A DNA stretch of 62,060 bases, filler included, from Chiloscyllium plagiosum (Eukaryota), in NCBI RefSeq assembly GCF_004010195.1. It is 5 parts of one record of this genome, joined end to end, with 100 filler letters (N's around TTAATTAATTAA, not from the genome) between each part and the next. Parts side by side here need not be neighbours in the genome. Positions count along the whole stretch, not along the records: positions 29,198 to 38,857 come from NC_057716.1; positions 38,958 to 46,906 come from NC_057716.1; positions 47,007 to 53,887 come from NC_057716.1; 2 more parts are not named here. The stretch is one strand, 5' to 3'. The translations under genes and the position numbers were made by a program. Of the stretch, positions 37,790 to 50,809 are shown one piece after another; the stretch's first letter is position 1; every line of letters starts with the position of its first letter. The notes beneath the pieces are model-generated. The model ran no database searches and was not told the DNA's origin. It saw only the letters and a list, made by a program, of their open reading frames with translations.

Positions 37790-37985
37790 TGGAAAAGTCT
37801 CCAGTTCGGTGAGTCTGCTCCGGGGTTACGTTTAACCGCCGAGCGTGGGTTGTTGGCAACCGCTCTACGAGAACTGACGGCTCCCAGTTTTTGTAACATG
37901 TAGAGTGAGTATAAGCCAGACCCGTTGTGCGACACTGCGGGGAATAAAATGCCCATATTCTAGCAGTCTCGCCTCTTGGTCGTTT
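37790..37985. promoter_or_regulatory. CpG-rich unique patch with an RFX X-box-like motif; candidate promoter or first exon
   Basis: About 14 CpGs in ~190 bp against a CpG-depleted background; GTTGTTGGCAAC at 37849-37860; GTGAGT at 37809 and 37905. Confidence 0.35.
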
Positions 37986-38745
37986 GTTCTGTGTCAGACT
38001 ACTCTCCTACGAACCTGACCTTGAGAATTTTTTTAAAACACCTATCCCCAAGCCTGCCCCCCTCTGCCTCACTTTCCCAACCCTTTTCTCTCCCGTGGTC
38101 TCTTTCCCCTCCCAGACTATCTGCCTCTCCCTTCACCTCTTTCCCGCCAGCTCAGACTTCCCAAATCCTACTCTCGCGTCCAGTCTTCACCTTACCCCAT
38201 CCCCACCCCGCTACCCTGACCCTGTGTCTGCCTGGGTTCAGTGATGCACAGTCTGGGTCCTGTTGTACCCCCTGTCAGCATGTTCCTGATCGGTGTGTCA
38301 GTCAGCAGTATGTGACCAGGAGATTCTCAGCCCAGCCTCCAAGTTGGCTGCATGCACTAGGGCAGTTCTGAGACTTGTTTGATGTTTTCTGTTACTGTTT
38401 CTCTCTCCCTGCAGGTTAGCTCTCTCGCAGAGGATCTGTATTTGTACAACAAGCTGTGAATGTTCCCACTGCCACAAACAGCAGCAGACTGGTTACCTGC
38501 CACATGTTACTCAGTGGTTACTCTGGGCACAGAGTGAGTGGAATGGAACAGGTGGACCTGCTCGAAAACATGTTTACTATCTTACTTTATTGCATTATTT
38601 TTCTGATGTCATTACCATTCTCTGGAGATATCTGAAAGTGAATGGAATAAAACCAAACCAATCTAGAGATCAGGATTCTGTCACTGGACAGAAACAGCAC
38701 ATACTGAAGTCTCAAAAGAACTCCTGCCTCACAGTGACTATGGTA

Positions 38746-38857
38746 AACATAACACCCCCTTCACCATAACACCCCCTTCACCATAACAAACCCTTTACCA
38801 TAACACCCCCACACCATAACAACCCCCTTCACTATAACAAACCCTTTACCATAACAC
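38746..38857. repeat. ~17-18-bp tandem repeat (CCATAACACCCCCTTCA)n running into the gap
   Basis: About 6 imperfect units. Confidence 0.9.
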
Positions 38858-38957
38858 NNNNNNNNNNNNNNNNNNNNNNNNNNNNNNNNNNNNNNNNNNN
38901 NTTAATTAATTAANNNNNNNNNNNNNNNNNNNNNNNNNNNNNNNNNNNNNNNNNNNN
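38858..38957. other. Artificial contig spacer
   Basis: 44 N + TTAATTAATTAA + 44 N. Confidence 0.99.
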
Positions 38958-39229
38958 TGCTGCACTGTCAGAGGGTCAGTGCTGAGGGAGTGGGCACTGT
39001 CAGAGGGTCAGTGCTGAGGGATTGCCGCACTGTCAGAGGGTCAGTGTTGAGGGAGTGCCACACTGTCAGAGGGTCAGTGCTGAGGGAGTGCCGCACTGTC
39101 GGAGGGTCAGTACTGAGGGAGTGCTGCACTGTCAGAGGGTCAGTGCTGAGGGAGTGGGCACTGTCAGAGGGTCAGTGCTGAGGGATTGCCGCACTGTCAG
39201 AGGGTCAGTGTTGAGGGAGTGCCACACTG
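38958..39229. repeat. 32-33-bp minisatellite (CACTGTCAGAGGGTCAGTGCTGAGGGAGTGCCG)n
   Basis: Units start at 38963, 38995, 39028, 39061, 39094, 39127, 39159, 39192 and 39225. Confidence 0.97.
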
Positions 39230-40049
39230 CCTCAGGAAGATGAATTTGTTTGATGCCGTGTGACAATTTCCTGGGATAATACACTGTGAATCCATTTCAC
39301 AATAAAATATTTCAGATTTTGTGTTCTGCGCTGAGGGAGTTTGTTTCCTAACCTGGGAGTAAATCATTCTCTGGGAAGAGCCCTGAGAGTAGCACTGTGT
39401 TCCCATTCTGTCCCAAATAAGATTATTGGGGTTGGGGGGGAAAACTGGCAAAGTCTGATTGGATAAATAGACGAGCAGATACAGCAACAAGTAAATTTTA
39501 AACAAATTACATAAAATAATCCGTTGAAACACATTACACTGAAAACCAAACACCAAACAGATCAATCTGTGGATGCCTAAAGAAGTGAAGCCATGTATTG
39601 GATTAAACCGAGAGGATTCCAATGTTTGAAAGAATGTTCATAAGGATTTTGTGTGTTTTAGAAACCAGCAAAGAATGGCCAGACATGGATGAGAACGGAA
39701 AATAGAATATCAAGTAAACCAGCTCAGAAAGTGAACCAGATGACTGGAACTTTTATCAAGATATAGATAGAGGTAATGAATATTGTCTCTTTGAGATTGA
39801 AATGGGAAAAGTTCTCTTGAGCAAGAGGGAGCAGGAGAGATATAAACCAATACATTGTATTTGTCTTGTGGAAGATACTACAACATTGTAAAAATAGAAG
39901 TAATTGAGAAATTAATTCAAATGAGGAACATCAAGTCATTAATGTCATCAGAGAATGAGTTTGCAAAAAGTGCTCCTTAAATATTCCAGCGCTGCCCTGT
40001 GCCTTGAAGCATGCGTCACCCTCTTGTCTCAAATTGACCCATTGAACCA

Positions 40050-40730
40050 CAGAAATGATACAGTGTAGAAGGTGGCCATTCGGCCCAGCTTGTCCGTGCT
40101 GACCCAAAGACACCCAGATGCCCTTTCTAATCCCATCTTCCTGCACATGGCCCATAGCCCTGCAGCTTACAGCACTGACGGTGCAAATCTTAGCAAGTGT
40201 TTCTGGTCTCTGCCTCCATCACCAACTCAGGCAGTGAATTCCAGCCACCCACCACTCTCTGTGGAAAAGGGTGTTCCTCATGTCCCTCTGATCCTTCTGC
40301 CACTTCATTTGAATTAATGACCCAATGGTGTTTGAACTCTCTGCCACGGGAAACAGGTTCCTCCTGTCTATTCGATCTCTGTCCCTCACAATGTTGGATA
40401 CCACTATCACTTCACCCCTCAGCCTTCTCTATTGCACGGAAAACACCCCAAACCCCTCCAATCTCTCGTCACAGTTACAATTCTCCAGCCCTGGCAACAT
40501 TCCAGTAAACCTTCTCTCTCTCTCTCTCTCTCTCTCTCCCTCCAGTGATCGTATCGTTCCTATAATGTGGTGACCAGAACTGCGCACAATACTCCGACTC
40601 TGACCTCACCAGTCTCTGAGACAGTTTCAGCACGACATCCTGACCTTTGTATTCTCTCCCTTTACCAATGAAGGAGGGCAGTCCATATGCCTCTATCCAA
40701 CCTTATCTCCCTGTACAGCTCCCTTTCAGA
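40050..40730 (-). mobile_element. Decayed CR1 3' fragment containing (CT)n at ~40513-40538
   Basis: DRIDRRNLFP peptide; FWSPHYR-type DNA on the minus strand. Confidence 0.8.
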
Positions 40731-41217
40731 ACCTGGGCAGCTGTACAGTGTCCCCACTTCTGATCACCCACTGACTATTCACAAACTGCTGGCTAGTCTT
40801 GGGGTTTTTTTTTAATGTTAATGACCATTCGATTCTGATATTCTCTCTGTGCTAGCCTTATTTTCCTCTTCATTTCCTTTGCACCTTGTTACATTTGACG
40901 AGGTTCCTGCTTGAAGAATTGAATACATCCTCCTTCCTCTGTTTTTGTTTATCCCAGGAAGCCTGCTTTTCACTCCCTCACCTTCCTCCTTCACCTTCCC
41001 TCTTGTTGGAATGTTCCTGTGTTTCTGAAACTTCTCTCCTTTGGAAAGGTGGCCTGTTGTTCAGCTGCAGTTTCTCCTGTTCAGTTTCTGGTTCCATTCC
41101 CCCCAGCTCCATCCCTTCACATCCCATTAAAGTTTCTCTTGCTCCAACTGACATCTCTTTCCAATCACTCCACCGTATGCAGCATTACTCGGTTCAAGCT
41201 GTTCCTGTTTCTGACAT

Positions 41218-41437
41218 AGTGGTTAGGTTAGCTCGGTTGGCTGGACAGTTGATTCGTGATGCTAACACTGTGGGTTCAATGCCCATCACCAGCTGAGATT
41301 ACCATGAAGGGCTCTCCTTCTCAATCTGTCCCCTGTCCTGAGGCATGGTGACCCTCAGGTTAAACCAGCATCAGCCATCTCTCTGTCTCTAATGAGAGAG
41401 CAGCCCTTTGGTCTGGTCAGACTATGGCAATACAACA
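41218..41437 (+). mobile_element. tRNA-derived SINE, non-HE1 family
   Basis: A-box TAGCTCGGTTGG, B-box GGTTCAATGCC, internal hairpins (CCTGAGG..CCTCAGG; CTCTCT..AGAGAG), short (CAA) tail. Confidence 0.65.
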
Positions 41438-41969
41438 ACGTTCTTTATATCGAAAGGGTCAGCTCCATTTTCTCTGGGTGACAAAAACCAGCCCTGCCAA
41501 TGATGCCCACACCCCCCTGAATTGATTTAATAACGAAACGACAGGTTTAAGTCAACATCTTGCCAGGGAGCTCGATGGGATTTGCAGCGTTGGAATTTAA
41601 TTACAAAGAATGTGAGCTGGCAGAAATGAATGTTTGTTCAAGTTAATGAAAGCCAGCACTCTGCACCTGGTGTTTGTGTCTAAACATTTCAATAATGAGA
41701 AGACCAGGGGGAGGTTTCAGAGATCAGAAAGCAGGCTGGGGTTGGAATGAGAATTTACATGAATTTTCACCATGCAGTCAGCTTGCTTCACACTATTGAT
41801 AAGATCCTGTGTAAATCCATCCTCCTCAATCTCTCTCAGCTTTCACTAAACAGGCAGTGTCCATTCTTAAACCTTCCATCCCCAACTGGGGCCTTCCCTC
41901 AAATGAAACCTGTCCAATAAAGTGACTTCTCCCCAGCCTGGTCTGCTGAGTGTCCCCAGCTCATGGAGG

Positions 41970-42041
41970 CTCAGGACAGTGAAAGTGTTTCACTTCAATC
42001 AGCACCTCAGGACAGTGAAAGTGTTTCACTTCAATCAGCAC
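41970..42041. repeat. Exact 36-bp tandem duplication
   Basis: CTCAGGACAGTGAAAGTGTTTCACTTCAATCAGCAC x2. Confidence 0.95.
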
Positions 42042-42069
42042 GGCTTCATCAACAGGAGCTCACACCCAA

Positions 42070-43205
42070 CACATTGTTCAAATTCTTTAAGAAGGTAACA
42101 AGCGAGTTAGACAAAGGAGAGCCAGTGGATGTGATCGTATTGGATTTCCAAAAGGCCTTTGACAAGGCGGTGCTCAGGAAGCTGTGAAATAAGATAAGAG
42201 CCCGTGGTGTTAGGGGGAAGGTACTGGCATCAATAGGAATTGGCTGACTGGCAGAAGGCAGAGAGTGGGGATAAAGGGGTCTCTTTCAGGATGGCAGCTG
42301 GTAACGAGTGGAGTTCCACCGAGGGCAGTGTTGGGACCACAACTGTTCCCGTTATGTATTAACAATCTGGACGGAGGAACTGAGAATGTTGTTGGAAAGT
42401 TGGCAAATGAGACAGAGGTAGGTGGAGGGACGGGTAGTGTTGAGGAATTGGGGAGAATGCAGAAGGACTTGGACAGGTTGGGAGAGATGGCAAAGAAGTG
42501 GCAGATGGAATATAATGTGGGAAAGTGTGAGGTCATGCACTTTGAAAGGAAGAATAGAGGCTTAGACTATTTTCTAAATGGGACAAGTCTTTAGAATTCT
42601 GAAACACAAAGTGACTAAGTCCTAGTTCAGGATTCTCTGTTTATTCAATCATGAGGGTCATGGATAAGGTAAATAGAAACAGTCTTTTCCCTGGGGGTGG
42701 GGGAGTCCAGAACTAGAGGGCATAGGTTTAAGGTGAGAAAGGAAAGATTTAAAAGGGACGTAAGGGGCAACTTTTTTGCATAGAGGGTGGTACGGGTATG
42801 GAATGAGGACGTGGTGGAGGCTGGTACAATTGCAACATTGAAAAGGCATTTGGATGGGTATAAGATTAGGAAGGGTTTGGGGGGATATGGACCAAGTGCT
42901 GGCAAATGGGTCTAGGCTAATTTAGGTCGATGGTAGGCGTGGACACGTTGGACCGAAGGGTCTGTTTCTGTGTTGTACATCTCTATGACTCTAACATGTA
43001 GGTTCAGTTAGGAAAGCAGGTGCAATGTTAGCATTGATTTCAAGAGGGCTAGACTACAAGAGCAGAGATGTATTGCTGAGGCTGTATGAGACTGTGGTCA
43101 GACTCCATTTGAAGATTAAGAGCAGATTTGGGCCCCATATCTATGAAAGGATGAGCTGCTGTTGGAGGGGGTCCAGACGAGGTTCATAACAATGATCCCA
43201 GGGAT
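42070..43205 (+). mobile_element. CR1 RT fragment with a nested CR1 3' end (~42645-42992)
   Basis: LDFQKAFDK, SGVP..VLGPQLF and KCEVMHF; host sequence resumes after the inserted tail. Confidence 0.88.
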
Positions 43206-43639
43206 AAAGAGGGTGTGATCAGTCACTAGTTTGGGGAGGATTGTTGACTCTTGTCAGAGCAGCCTGTGCCCACTATCCTGGCCATATGCTGTCGTACCAC
43301 GACCGTGCTGTGTCTGACCTATGGCAGAGCCTCTCCGTCTGGCTTCAGTCAAATATAATGTATATCTGCCTCTCTGCATTCCAAATGTGAACAAATGGGA
43401 AAATCCCAGTACTTCCATCTTAGCAGGGTGAATGAAAATGTAGTTGACAATTTAAATTGAAGTTTTTATATGTTCAATTTAAAGAGATTGCAAAGTTCAG
43501 AGGGAGCGAGGTGCTCTGGTTCACAAGCGACAATAGGTTACTTTTGGTGGTCATGGAAGTTAAATGCAACGTTGTTGTTTATTCCAGGGGAATGGAAATA
43601 CTTCAGTTGGGATGTTTTGCTGCAGCGACCCTGGAAATG

Positions 43640-45530
43640 CTGTCACAATTACGGGTGACATCAACTTCCCCAATATTGATTGGAAGCTCCTCAGTGCAGA
43701 TAGAGCCGGTTTTGTCAGGTGTGTCCAGAGGATTCCTGACTCAGTATTGGAGATCGGCCAACTGGGGGGAGGCCATGTTGGATTTGGTGTTAGGCAACGG
43801 GCCAGGCCAGGTGTCAGAGCTCTCAGTGGGAGAACATTTCAGTGATAGTGACCACAACTGCCTCATCTTGGAGAGGGGTGGGAACAGACAGTATGGGAAG
43901 GTATCTAATTGGGGAAGGGAAATTATTCTGCTCTCAGACAGAAGCTGTGGAGTATAAATTGGGAACAATTGTTCTGCAGGAAATGCACAACAAAAACATG
44001 GAGGCTGTTTAAGGAGCCCTTGTTGGGAATGTTGGATAACTTTGTCCCACTGAGTCAGGCAAGGAATGGTAAGGTGAAGGAGCCTTGGATGACAGGAGCA
44101 GAGGAGCTTCTCATCAAGAGGAAGAAGGAAGCTTTCTTAAGGCTGAGGAAGCAAGGATCTGGCACAGCTTTAGGGTAGCTAGGAAAGAACTCAAAACTGA
44201 GAAAGCCTTGGTGGGAAGCCTTGGCATGAGAAAGCCTTGGTGGGAAGGATTAGGGAAAACCCAAAGGCGTTCTACGTGTATGTGAGGAATAAGAGAATGA
44301 TCAGAGAGAGTGTTGGGCTGATCAGGGATAGTGGAGAGAACCTGTGCCTGGAGTCTGAAGAGGTAGGGGAGGCCCTAAATGAGATTTTAGCTTCAGTATT
44401 CACTAGAGAGAGAGACCTTGTTGATAGTGAGAACACTGTGGACTGGGTTAATGGGCTTGAAAAGATCGATATTGAGGAAGTGGATGTGCTGGAAATTCTG
44501 GGAAGCATCAAGATAGATACGTCCCCAGGGCCAGACCAGAGATATCCAAGGTTACTGCGGGAAGCGAGGAATGAGATTGCTGGGCCTCTGGCGATGATCT
44601 TTGCATCCTCACTCTCCACGGGAGTAGTACCAGATGATTAGAGGGAGGTGAATGTTGTTCCTCTGTTCAAGAAAGGGAATAGGGAATTCCCTGGGAATTA
44701 CAGACCAGTCAGTCTTACTTCTGTGGTCAGCAAAGTACTAGAAAGGATTCTGAGAGATAGGATTTATGACTATTCAGAAAAACATAGTTTGATTAAAGAT
44801 AGCCAGCATGGCTTTGTGAGAGGCAGGTCATGCCTCACAAGCCTTATTAAGTTCTTTGAGGACGTGACGAGACAAGTTGCCAAAGGTTGAGCAGTGGATG
44901 TGGTGTATATGAATTTCAGTAAAGCATGTGAGCACATGGTAAATCCATTCAGAAAGTTAGGAGGTGTGGGATACAGGGAAATCTGGCTGTCTGGCCGAAA
45001 GAAGACAGCAAGTGGTAGTGGATGGAAAGTATTCCGCTTGGAGGTCGGTGACCAGTGGTATCCCACAGGGATCTGTTCTTGGGCCTCTGCTCTTTGTAGA
45101 TTTTATAAATGACTTGGATGAAGAAATGGAAGGGTGGGTTAGTCAGTTTGCTGATGACACATGGTGTTGTAGTTAGTGTCGAGGGTAGTTGCAGGTTACA
45201 ATAAGTCATTCACAGGATTCAGAGCTGGGCTGAGAAGTGGACACTTGGAATATTGTGTTCAGTTCTGGTCACCTCATTATAGGAAGGATCTGGAAGGTTT
45301 AGAGAAGGTGCAGAGGAGATTTCCCAGGATGCTGCCTGGATTGGAGGGTGTGTCTTATGAAGAAAGGTTGAGGGATCTATTTCCCATTGGAGAGAAGGAA
45401 GAGAGGTGATTTGGTAGAGGTGTACAAGGTAATGAGAGGCACAGATAGAGTAGATAGTCAGAGACTGTTACCCAGGGTGGAAATGGCTGTCACAAGGGGT
45501 CATAATTTTAAGGTGATTGGAGGAAGGTTT
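43640..45530 (+). mobile_element. CR1 ORF2 (APE end to RT), decayed with deletions
   Basis: GDINFPNIDW, LDLVLGN, SDHN, SPGPD, GNYRPVSLTS, FADD and LEYCVQFWSPH. Confidence 0.93.
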
Positions 45531-46906
45531 CGGGAAGGGGACAATCTGGAAATTTAAGAAGGAAGTTAAAAGGAAAGTGAAAATAAGAGAAGTTAAAGAC
45601 AACAGAATCAACAAAGCAGAAAACTCAAGAAGGGATCATACAGTGTGGTCACGTGAAATAGGGGTTGATGGGAAGGGTGAGGGCAGTAACAAATTAAAAA
45701 TACTATACATGAATGCACGAAGCATTAGGAATAAGATGGATGAGCTTGAGGCTTTTTTTGGAAATTGACAGATACGATATTGTGGGGATAACGGAGACGT
45801 GGCTTCAAGTGGACAGGGTCTGGGAAATGAATATTCAAGGCTATACGTGCTATCGTAAGGACAGACTGATGGGCAGAGGGGATGGGGTGGCCCTGTTGGT
45901 GAGGAATGATATTCAGTCCCTTGCGCGGGGGGACCGAGAATCAGGGGCTGCAAAGTCAGTATGGATAGAGCTGAGAAATTCTAAGGGTAGAAAGACCCTA
46001 ATGGGAGTTATCTACAGGCCCCCAAACAGTAGCCTGGATGTCAGATGTAAGTTGAATAAGGAGCTGAAATCACCTGTCGCAAAGATATGACTACAGTTGT
46101 TATGGGGGACTTAAACATGCAGGTAGACTGGGAGAATCAGGAAAGAGACTTTGTGGAGTGCCTCAGAGGTGGATTATTAGAACAGCTTGTGCTGGAGCCT
46201 ATGAGGGAGAAAGCAATTCTGGATCTGGTGTTGTGCAACGAACCAGAATTGATCAGGGACCTCGAAGTGAAGGAGCCATTGGGAAGTAGTGACCATAATA
46301 CAATAAGCTTCAATCTGCAATTTGAGAGGGAGAGGGTACAATCGGAAGTGACAATATTTCTGTTGAATAAAGGGAACTATGGAGCTATGAGGGAGGAGCT
46401 GGCCAAAGTTCAATGGTGCAATACCTTAGCAGGGATGACAGTGGAGGAACAATGGCGGATATTTCTGTGTATAATGCAGAAGATGCAGGATCAGTTCATT
46501 CCAAAAAGGAAGAAAGATCCTAGGAGGAGGCATGAGTGGCCGTGGCTGACGAGGGAAGTTAAGAAACATATAAAGTTAAAAGAGAAAAAGTATAACATAG
46601 CTAAGATAAGTGGGAAAACTGAGGACTGGGAAGCTTTTAAAGAACAACAGAGGATTACTAAGAAGGAAATACGCAAAGAAAAAATGAGGTACGAAGGTAA
46701 ACTGGCCAAGAATATTAAGGAGGATAGTAAAAGCTTTTTTAAGTATGTGCAAGGCAAAAAAATGGTTAGGACAAAAATTGGGCCCTTGAAGACAGAAACA
46801 ATATTACTAAGAACAAAGAAATGGCAGAGGAATTAAATGGGTACTTCAGACCTGTGTTCACTTGGGAAGACACAAGCAATCCCCCTGAGGTAACAGTGGC
46901 TGAAGG
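45530..46906 (+). mobile_element. CR1 ORF2 5' part (APE endonuclease), truncated at the gap
   Basis: LYMNARSIRNK, GITETWL, GVIYRPPN, MGDLN and GSSDHN. Confidence 0.95.
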
Positions 46907-47006
46907 NNNNNNNNNNNNNNNNNNNNNNNNNNNNNNNNNNNNNNNNNNNNTTAATTAATTAANNNNNNNNNNNNNNNNNNNNNNNNNNNNNNNNNNNNNN
47001 NNNNNN
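46907..47006. other. Artificial contig spacer
   Basis: 44 N + TTAATTAATTAA + 44 N. Confidence 0.99.
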
Positions 47007-47480
47007 CCCAAGAGTAGGTCAAGTTTTGCACCTTCTCTAGCAGGTATATCCACATGCTGAATCAGAAAATTTTCTTGTACGCATTTAAGAAATTCCTCTC
47101 CATCTAAACCTTTCACACTATGGCAGTCCCAGTCGATGTTTGGAAAGTTAAAATCCCCCACCATAACTACCCATTATTCTTACAGATAGCTGAGATCTCC
47201 TTGCAAGTTTGTTTCTCAATTTCCCTCTTTCTATTAGGGGGTCTATAATACAATTCCAATAAGGTGATCATCCTTTTCTTATTTCTCAGTTCCACCCAAA
47301 TAACTTCCCTGGATGTATTTCCGGGAATATCCTCCCTCAGCACAGCTGAATTGCTATCCCTTAGCAAAAATGCCAGTCCCCCTCCTCTCTTGCCTCCCTT
47401 TCTATCCTTCCAGTAGCATTTGTATCCTGGAACATTAAGCTGCCAGTACTGCCCATCCCTGAGCCATGTTTCGTAATAAT
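47007..47480 (-). mobile_element. CR1 APE fragment
   Basis: ETWL, YYRPPN and GDFNFPNIDW. Confidence 0.92.
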
Positions 47481-48879
47481 TTTCTGGATGATCAGGAATG
47501 AACAGACAGCAAGTCTTTTCGGAGGAGAGCAGGAAAATTAAATGACTAAATTGACAGCCCTTCAGACTCAAACATTGAGTGAAACAATTTCAGATCATAA
47601 TCGTGACCTTCTTTATTTGGAGAGCAGTCATTGAAGGTGATTTAATTTTGCCACTTACATGTCCTCCAGATAGATCTTTTATTTTGTCATCAATCCCACA
47701 TTTTTTTTTTTCTGTCCTTTATTGTCCTTTAACCATTTCATCTGCCCTGACTTCCAGGTTTACTTGGGGATCAAAGCAGTAACATTCCTCCACAAGGAAG
47801 CTTTGTAGTCCCCTACTCATGCCATTCCCAATTCCGCCTCTCTTCACAGCTCTGTTCACAGGTTTCTCTTGTGCTTGTTCTGTTGTAAACTCAAGTCTCG
47901 TCTCCGCTGATCTCCTTTCCCACTTCACCCCATCCCAAACTCTCAAACACTGTTGGAAACTATTCCTCTTGCCCCTGGCTGCAGCTTCTGGCTGCCTGAC
48001 TGTACTCCTGCCAATCTGCCAACTGGGTGATGGCAGCAGTTTTGAAAATGAGGTTTTCCCATTAAAATTAACTGGCTCCTCCTCCAGTCGCTTTTATTCA
48101 GTTATTTGGCTACTTGCAGCATTCTTCCCCTGCCCTCCATCAGTTCATGGTAAATAAAAGGAATTTTTCCTGATTAACTGCGAAAGTTAGGCTGAAACAA
48201 GACTAAATGAGAAAATGACAATGAGCATAAGATTTCTCTCCCTTTGTATGTATTGACCTGTAAAGTGAAGGGAGATCTAGTTGAAACATTTCAAATACAC
48301 ATCTGTCTATTTCAATATTGTTCATGTCATAATAATTAGATTATATTTCACTGAAAACTTTCATAATGTTCATTCACATGCTGTAAGTAATACAAGCCAT
48401 TTCCTTTGTTTACAACTGGCCACTTTTTGTCACTAAAGTATCAATCTATCATGCAAAATATTAACAAAAGTCACATGATGGATGCGTGATGTTGCAAGTG
48501 TCGGGTGTTCACAAAATGATCCAATTTTCAGTACCCCAGTCACAATGCAGTGTTGGGAAATAAAAAATAAATGCACAGTTGTAGGGCACACAGGGGACAG
48601 ACCAGTTGATGAACTATCTGGAGCATGCTTGAAATTTGAAATGGTAATTCACTTCTACTGATGAATTTCATCTAAAGAGCACTGTTCACTAAACATAGGA
48701 ATAAATTCTCACGGGGTGGCTGGTTGCATCTGCTCCATGCAAACATTGCACTTATAACTTGAGGAGATAATTTTATTTCAGCTCTGAATTAGGACAGCAC
48801 TCAAACGGAATATAGTTGTGTATTTAAGTGTAGCATAAATATAGATACATATGATCATTGTGACATATGCAGTAATACT

Positions 48880-49578
48880 TATATGTCGAGGTTGTACAGG
48901 ACGTTGGTAAGGCCTCTTCTGGAGTACTGTGTCCAGCTCTGGTTGCCTAGTTGAAGGAAGGGTATTATTAAGCTGGTGAGGCTTCAGAAGAGATTTACCA
49001 GGATGTTGCTGGATATGGAAGGTTTTGAGTTATAAAGAAAGTCTAGATAGGTTGGGACTTTTTTTCACAGGAGTGTAGGAGGTTGAGAGTTGATCTTATA
49101 AAAGTTTATAGAACATAGAACATAGAACATAGAAGAATACAGCGCAGTACAGGCCCTTCGGCCCTCGATGTTGCGCCGATCCAAGCCCACCTAACCTACA
49201 CTAGCCCACTATCCTCCATATACCTATCCAATGCCCGCTTAAATGCCCATAATAAGGGAGAGTCCACCACTGCTACTGGCAAATTTCAAGACTAAGGGGC
49301 ACATTTTTAAGGTGAGAGGAGAGAGTTTTAAAAAAAGACACGAAAAGGAATCTTTTTTAGACAGAGGATGGTATGCATGTGGAACGAACTTACCGAGGAA
49401 GTGGTGAATGTGGGTATGGTTACAACGTTTAAAAGATGTTTAGGTAAGTGCATAAAAAGGAATGGCTTGGAGGGATATGGGCCAGGAGCAGGCAGGTGGG
49501 ACTAGTTTAGTTTGGGACTATATTCAGCATGGACTGGTTGGACTGAAGGGTCTGTTTCCGTGCTGTGTGACTCTATGG
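48880..49578 (+). mobile_element. CR1 3' fragment with an inverted CR1 tail inserted at ~49109-49280
   Basis: LYRTLVRP.LEYC DNA; (TAGAACA)n and GGCCCTTCGGCCC mark the minus-strand insert. Confidence 0.88.
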
Positions 49579-50456
49579 CTAGGAATGTTAGCTTTCTTTC
49601 AGAAAAGGATCAGGAATTTATTTGGTTTTGCTTAAGGGGAAACTCAGAGCCTGGAAAGGGTTTGGTTTCAGTTGGCAGATGTCCTGCTTGAAGTTAGATG
49701 TATGAATCATGTATCTCTGAGAGAAAGGGATTGGTTCAGAAAAAATAGGATGTAGGTTACCTTGGTGTAAGGATTTTGGTTTAAAAACAGAACTAAAGAA
49801 GTGTTTGGTTAAGATTCTGAAGGGATTATTTAAAGCTGAGAAAGTCTGCATGATCAGTTGTGTGAGTACTCAAGGAAGAGGATCTTCAGATTTCAAGACT
49901 GGAATTGAAAGCGACAATTAAGTCAATTAAGTGATATGAGAGACAAGGGAATTGTTATAGTTAAATAGTTTGGTTATTCCATTGTATTGTCTTTTCTTCT
50001 GTCTAATTGTCAAATCCAGATTTGCAGCATGGTGTTCTTATGTTTCAGTGAGATGAGATTAACTTTTGCCATGTCTCATTGGGATAGTGCACTGGAGATC
50101 AAACCCCTCTAATCCTGGGGTCAGCACAAATCTCACAGATTTTATAAAACTATGCAAAATTCCCCAACTTACTTGTCTTTTAGAACCAGGTTGACAAAAG
50201 TGCATGGATTAGACAGGGGTATCAAGCAATACTATTTCTTACAAATAAATAAATTGTAATTGTCTATGAACTGCCTACATATCACTCTATAAGCTAAAAC
50301 TCTAACCCCTTTACTCCCTCTGTACATATCCAGACAGTCACCAATCAAAAACATTGACATTAAAGGTAGAGGAAAAACTGGTCTAATGGTCTCTGTTCAC
50401 AGGGCTCACTGAGATGATTTTTTCTGGCTTGTTAGATCTTGCTGTCCGTTGATCTA

Positions 50457-50711
50457 TTTTTTTTTTAGATTTTTTTTAGATTACATTACAGTGTGGAAAC
50501 AGGCCCTTTGGCCCAACAAGTCCACACCGACCCACCGAAGCGCAACCCACCCATACCCCTACATTTACCCCTTACCTAACACTACGGGCAATTTAGCATG
50601 GTCAATTCACCTGACCTGCACATCTTTGGACTGTGGGAGGTAACCGGAGCACCCGAAGGAAACCCACGCAGACACGGGGAGAACGTGCAAACTCCACACA
50701 GTCAGTCGCCT
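50457..50711 (-). mobile_element. 5'-truncated HE1 SINE
   Basis: Reverse complement of the HE1 body and tail; tRNA head absent. Confidence 0.9.
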
Positions 50712-50809
50712 AATCTTATCTTAAGTGTTTTCACTTCCTTGTGCAGATCAGCTAGTTCACAAATTAGAAGCTCTCTGACTTATTGATTCGCCACAGGTGA
50801 AGTACAAAA

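Noticed and set aside
38958..39229. CRISPR array or Cys-rich repeat protein
   Set aside because: Head-to-tail minisatellite with no spacers.
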